DNA of 64,000 nucleotides from Escherichia coli (GTDB lineage Bacteria; Pseudomonadota; Gammaproteobacteria; Enterobacterales; Enterobacteriaceae): NCBI RefSeq assembly GCF_024700885.2, contig NZ_CP117016.1; one strand, 5' to 3'. Shown piece by piece: positions 59,688 to 64,000 of this stretch (position 1 is its first letter; each line of letters starts with the position of its first letter). The notes under the pieces were generated by a model. It saw only the letters and a program-made list of their open reading frames with translations, ran no database searches and was not told where the DNA came from. The position numbers and the translations under genes were made by a program.

Positions 59688-60284
59688 ATGGCAGAAAAAC
59701 AAACTGCGAAAAGGAACCGTCGCGAGGAAATACTTCAGTCTCTGGCGCTGATGCTGGAATCCAGCGATGGAAGCCAACGTATCACGACGGCAAAACTGGC
59801 CGCCTCTGTCGGCGTTTCCGAAGCGGCACTGTATCGCCACTTCCCCAGTAAGACCCGCATGTTCGATAGCCTGATTGAGTTTATCGAAGATAGCCTGATT
59901 ACTCGCATCAATCTGATTCTGAAAGATGAGAAGGACACCACAGCGCGCCTGCGTCTGATTGTGTTGCTGCTTCTCGGTTTTGGTGAGCGTAATCCTGGCC
60001 TGACCCGCATCCTCACTGGTCATGCACTAATGTTTGAACAGGATCGCCTGCAAGGGCGCATCAACCAGCTGTTCGAGCGTATTGAAGCGCAGTTGCGTCA
60101 GGTATTGCGCGAAAAGAGAATGCGTGAGGGTGAAGGTTACACCACCGATGAAACCCTGCTGGCAAGCCAGATCCTGGCCTTCTGTGAAGGTATGCTGTCA
60201 CGCTTTGTCCGCAGCGAGTTTAAATACCGCCCGACGGATGATTTTGACGCCCGCTGGCCGCTAATTGCCGCACAGTTGCAGTAA
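59688..60284 (+). CDS. slmA: nucleoid occlusion factor SlmA (TetR family)
   Basis: start at internal ATG 59688 ([23 protein letters not shown]) gives 198 aa. Confidence 0.93.
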
Positions 60285-60320
60285 TATGACGCCGGATGAC
60301 TTTTCATCCGGCGAGTTTCT

Positions 60321-60962
60321 TTAAACGCCGAACTCTTCGCGATAGGCCTTAACCGCCGCCAGATGTTCCGCCATTTCCGGCTTCTCTTCCAGGTAAGCAA
60401 TCAGGTCTTTCAGGGTGATGATAGAGATCACTTTGCAGTTGTAATCACGCTCAACTTCCTGAATTGCCGAAATCTCGCCGCGCCCCCGTTCCTGACGATC
60501 GAGCGAAATCAATACGCCAGCAAGCGTCGCGCCATTGGCCTGAATAATTTCCATCGACTCGCGAATCGCCGTTCCGGCGGTGATCACATCATCCACCAGC
60601 ATTACGCGTCCTTGTAACGCGCTACCGACCAGATTGCCACCTTCACCATGGTCTTTTGCTTCTTTGCGGTTAAAGCAGTACGGCAGGTCCAGGTCATGAT
60701 GCTCCGCCAGCGCCACGGCAGTTGTGGTGGCAATCGGGATCCCTTTGTAAGCAGGGCCAAACAGCAGATCGAACTCAATGCCGGAATCCACCAATGCTTC
60801 AGCGTAAAAACGGCCTAACAGTGCCAGATCGCGCCCGGTATTAAACAGCCCGGCGTTGAAGAAATAGGGGCTTTTGCGCCCGGACTTCAGCGTAAACTCG
60901 CCAAACTTTAACACCTGCTTGCTAAGCGCAAATTCAATAAACTGGCGCTGATATGGTTTCAT
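60321..60962 (-). CDS. pyrE: orotate phosphoribosyltransferase
   Basis: start at internal Met ([23 protein letters not shown]) gives 213 aa. Confidence 0.96.
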
Positions 60963-60994
60963 GCCTTCGCTCCTCATCTTACTTTTCTACAGAC

Positions 60995-61022
60995 AAAAAA
61001 AAGGCGACTCATCAGTCGCCTT
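60995..61022 (-). terminator. pyrE attenuator (intrinsic terminator between rph and pyrE)
   Basis: plus strand A8 run (60995-61002) then aaggcgact-catc-agtcgcctt; on the minus-strand transcript this is a hairpin followed by U8. Confidence 0.8.
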
Positions 61023-61027
61023 AAAAA

Positions 61028-61744
61028 TCAGTTTGCCAGCGCCGCCTTCTGCGTCGCTACAATGGATTCGATTCCCCCTCGGGCCAGCGCCAACAAGGTG
61101 AGTAACTCTTCATGGGTGAACGGCTCGCCTTCTGCCGTCCCCTGCACTTCAATGATGCGCCCGTCTTCGGTCATCACTACGTTCATGTCGGTCTCTGCGG
61201 CTGAGTCTTCAACGTATTCCAGATCGCAAACCGCTTCGCCGTTCACAATTCCGACAGAAACTGCGGCTACCATCCCTTTCATCGGGTTGGTTTTCAGCTT
61301 GCCGTTTTCCACCAGCTTCTGTAGCGCATCTGCCAGCGCCACGCAGGCACCCGTAATCGACGCGGTACGCGTGCCACCATCGGCCTGAAGCACGTCGCAG
61401 TCCAGCGTAATAGTGAACTCACCCAGCGCTTTCAAATCTACTGCCGCGCGAAGAGCACGGGCGATCAGACGCTGGATTTCCATTGTGCGTCCACCCTGCT
61501 TACCTTTCGCTGCTTCACGCGCGTTACGGGTGTGGGTAGAACGTGGCAGCATGCCGTACTCTGCGGTGATCCAGCCCTGGCCCTGACCTTTCAGGAAGCG
61601 CGGCACGCCTTCTTCAATAGAGGCGGTACACAATACTTTGGTATCGCCAAATTCGACCAGCACCGAGCCTTCTGCATGTTTTGTATAGTTACGAGTCAGG
61701 GTAACGGGACGCACCTGATTATTGCTACGGCCTGCTGGACGCAT
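61028..61744 (-). CDS. rph: ribonuclease PH, full length
   Basis: start at internal Met ([20 protein letters not shown]) gives 238 aa with an intact C-terminus. Confidence 0.95.
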   Translation of the reverse strand: MRPAGRSNNQVRPVTLTRNYTKHAEGSVLVEFGDTKVLCTASIEEGVPRFLKGQGQGWITAEYGMLPRSTHTRNAREAAKGKQGGRTMEIQRLIARALRAAVDLKALGEFTITLDCDVLQADGGTRTASITGACVALADALQKLVENGKLKTNPMKGMVAAVSVGIVNGEAVCDLEYVEDSAAETDMNVVMTEDGRIIEVQGTAEGEPFTHEELLTLLALARGGIESIVATQKAALAN

Positions 61745-61870
61745 ATTGAAATCTCCGGCTTGAAACAAATGTGGCTGCGCATTATACGGACTTCCGGCGG
61801 TTATTCCTATCCTGACAAGGCATCGATGGCTATAATCCTTCCACCTCTCCTTTTATAAACAGGAACGTCT

Positions 61871-62734
61871 ATGATCCGCAGTATGACCGCCTACGCCCGG
61901 CGTGAAATCAAGGGTGAATGGGGGAGCGCAACCTGGGAAATGCGCTCGGTAAACCAGCGTTATCTGGAAACTTACTTTCGTCTGCCGGAGCAGTTCCGTA
62001 GCCTTGAACCTGTCGTTCGCGAGCGTATTCGTTCTCGCCTGACGCGCGGTAAAGTGGAATGTACCCTGCGTTATGAGCCAGATGTTAGCGCACAAGGTGA
62101 GCTGATCCTCAACGAAAAACTGGCTAAACAGCTGGTAACTGCCGCGAACTGGGTAAAAATGCAGAGTGACGAAGGGGAAATCAACCCGGTTGATATTCTG
62201 CGCTGGCCGGGCGTGATGGCAGCCCAGGAGCAGGATCTCGACGCGATTGCTGCTGAAATTCTCGCGGCGCTGGATGGTACGCTGGACGACTTTATCATCG
62301 CACGTGAAACCGAAGGTCAGGCGCTGAAAGCATTGATCGAGCAGCGTCTGGAAGGCGTCACCGCCGAAGTGGTCAAAGTCCGCGCCCATATGCCGGAAAT
62401 CCTGCAATGGCAGCGTGAGCGTCTGGTCGCGAAGCTGGAAGATGCTCAGGTGCAACTGGAAAACAACCGTCTGGAGCAGGAGTTGGTTCTGCTGGCACAA
62501 CGAATTGACGTTGCCGAAGAACTGGACCGCCTCGAAGCGCATGTCAAAGAGACCTACAACATTCTGAAGAAAAAAGAAGCGGTTGGTCGTCGTCTGGACT
62601 TTATGATGCAGGAGTTCAACCGCGAGTCGAACACTCTAGCGTCGAAATCTATCAATGCCGAAGTGACGAATTCTGCCATCGAGCTGAAAGTGTTGATTGA
62701 GCAGATGCGCGAGCAGATCCAGAACATTGAATAA
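61871..62734 (+). CDS. yicC: YicC-family stress-induced protein
   Basis: 287-aa ORF MIRSMTAYARREIKGEWGSATWEMRSVNQRYLE. Confidence 0.92.
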   Translation: MIRSMTAYARREIKGEWGSATWEMRSVNQRYLETYFRLPEQFRSLEPVVRERIRSRLTRGKVECTLRYEPDVSAQGELILNEKLAKQLVTAANWVKMQSDEGEINPVDILRWPGVMAAQEQDLDAIAAEILAALDGTLDDFIIARETEGQALKALIEQRLEGVTAEVVKVRAHMPEILQWQRERLVAKLEDAQVQLENNRLEQELVLLAQRIDVAEELDRLEAHVKETYNILKKKEAVGRRLDFMMQEFNRESNTLASKSINAEVTNSAIELKVLIEQMREQIQNIE

Positions 62735-62768
62735 CTCGTAACGCCAATTCTTCCTTTTCAGCCTTCAC

Positions 62769-62801
62769 AAATGCCGCCCACTCAAACAGAGCGGCATTTT
62801 T
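62769..62801 (+). terminator. rho-independent terminator downstream of yicC
   Basis: aaatgccgc-(13 nt loop)-gcggcattt followed by a T-run. Confidence 0.6.
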
Positions 62802-62894
62802 CCTCCCCGCAACATTCAATTCTGTTTTGCGTGCCTGCTCCAGATTTTGCGATGTTTTTTTGCCCAGCGCAGTGAGAAGGTGAGATACTCACAA

Positions 62895-62910
62895 CTGTAT
62901 ATAAACACAG
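62895..62910 (+). promoter_or_regulatory. LexA box (SOS operator) upstream of the dinD remnant
   Basis: ctgtatataaacacag fits CTGT-N8-ACAG; 34 nt upstream of ATG 62944. Confidence 0.75.
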
Positions 62911-62943
62911 TTGTAAACTTACTTTCCTTGCAATCGATATCAC

Positions 62944-63213
62944 ATGGAGTGGGCAATGAACGAACATCATCAACCTTTTGAAGAAATACGGCATTATGGC
63001 ACTGAAGGGCAAGAATTTTGGTCAGCGAGAGAATTGGCACCGTTACTGGATTATCGGGACTGGCGCAATTTTCAAAAGGTACTGGCCCGCGCGACTCAAG
63101 CGTGCGAAGCCAGTAATCAAGCTGCATCTGACCATTTCGTTGAAACCACCAAAATGGTTGTATTAAGTTGCCGACCCCGCAGGTCAGCATCAAGCAATTG
63201 GAAAACAGTGTAA
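62944..63213 (+). pseudogene. dinD: truncated dinD-like ORF (89 codons)
   Basis: ORF preceded by a LexA box; my recollection is that DinD is about 274 aa, so this looks 3'-truncated; not verified by alignment. Confidence 0.45.
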
Positions 63214-63526
63214 AAATTACAGAGAAGAAATAGCAGAAACGAAAAACTCTTTTTGTTGATTGAGATACCCGATGCGTAAGCCAAAGTCCAGGTGCGGTGA
63301 ACACAATGGCTAAACATTGCACCTTTCTTTTCCACCCCTCAATTTTAACCTATTTTTTCTTATGCATTTTCTCAGACAAGAAGTCAGAAGAATGCATCTA
63401 CGCTACAGAAAATAGCGATTTCACATAACTACAAGTTATCAATTTCCTCTCACCTTAAAAAATCTCAATCGTGACAATACGCACAAATCGCTACCCTGCC
63501 AGACAGATTTTTAGGGAGAGAACCAT

Positions 63527-64000
63527 GCTGTTACACATTTTGTATTTGGTTGGCATTACTGCCGAAGCCATGACGGGGGCGCTGGCGGCCGGACGACGGC
63601 GCATGGATACATTTGGCGTAATTATTATTGCGACCGCCACCGCAATTGGCGGAGGGTCAGTGCGCGATATTCTGCTGGGCCACTATCCGCTCGGCTGGGT
63701 CAAACACCCGGAATATGTGATTATTGTCGCTACCGCCGCAGTACTCACCACTATCGTTGCTCCTGTAATGCCTTACCTGCGCAAAGTGTTTCTGGTGCTC
63801 GATGCGCTCGGACTGGTGGTCTTTTCTATCATTGGCGCACAGGTTGCACTGGATATGGGACACGGCCCGATCATTGCCGTTGTCGCAGCTGTGACGACCG
63901 GCGTATTTGGCGGCGTTTTGCGCGATATGTTCTGTAAACGCATCCCGCTGGTATTCCAGAAAGAATTGTATGCCGGTGTCTCATTTGCCTCCGCCGTGCT
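63527..64000 (+). CDS. yicG: UPF0126 inner membrane protein, 3' end beyond the window
   Basis: [31 protein letters not shown]... with multiple hydrophobic segments, still open at nt 64000. Confidence 0.85.

Overview
This window reads as an Escherichia coli chromosomal segment running selA-yibF-rhsA ... mtlADR ... lldPRD ... cysE-gpsA-secB-grxC ... tdh-kbl ... the waa LPS core cluster ... coaD-mutM-rpmBG-coaBC-dut-slmA-pyrE-rph-yicC-yicG. Gene names are assigned from my recollection of the protein sequences and gene order; no database search was run. Most of the window is conserved housekeeping backbone. Three blocks look strain-variable. (1) A polymorphic Rhs toxin locus at about 2.4-11.7 kb: a full-length rhsA with a PAAR-like N-terminus and an AT-rich C-terminal tip, a translationally coupled secreted immunity candidate, then an AT-rich stretch holding small secreted-protein genes, two decayed Rhs core relics, a pentapeptide-repeat ORF, a frameshifted paralog, the HEAT-repeat gene yibA, and an orphan Rhs tip (yibJ position) whose toxin domain carries an L,D-transpeptidase-like catalytic motif, followed by a signal-peptide immunity candidate. 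(2) A 1909-aa trimeric autotransporter adhesin (UpaG/EhaG-like) with near-identical 234-bp tandem repeats, preceded by a SadB-like lipoprotein. (3) An LPS outer-core locus with R1/R4-type gene order. I found no rRNA, tRNA, CRISPR array, IS element or prophage. The Rhs locus is the most interesting part; it matches the known Rhs toxin/orphan-module paradigm rather than an obviously new system, but the specific toxin tip, the periplasmic immunity candidates and the A9-tract frameshifted gene are worth follow-up.
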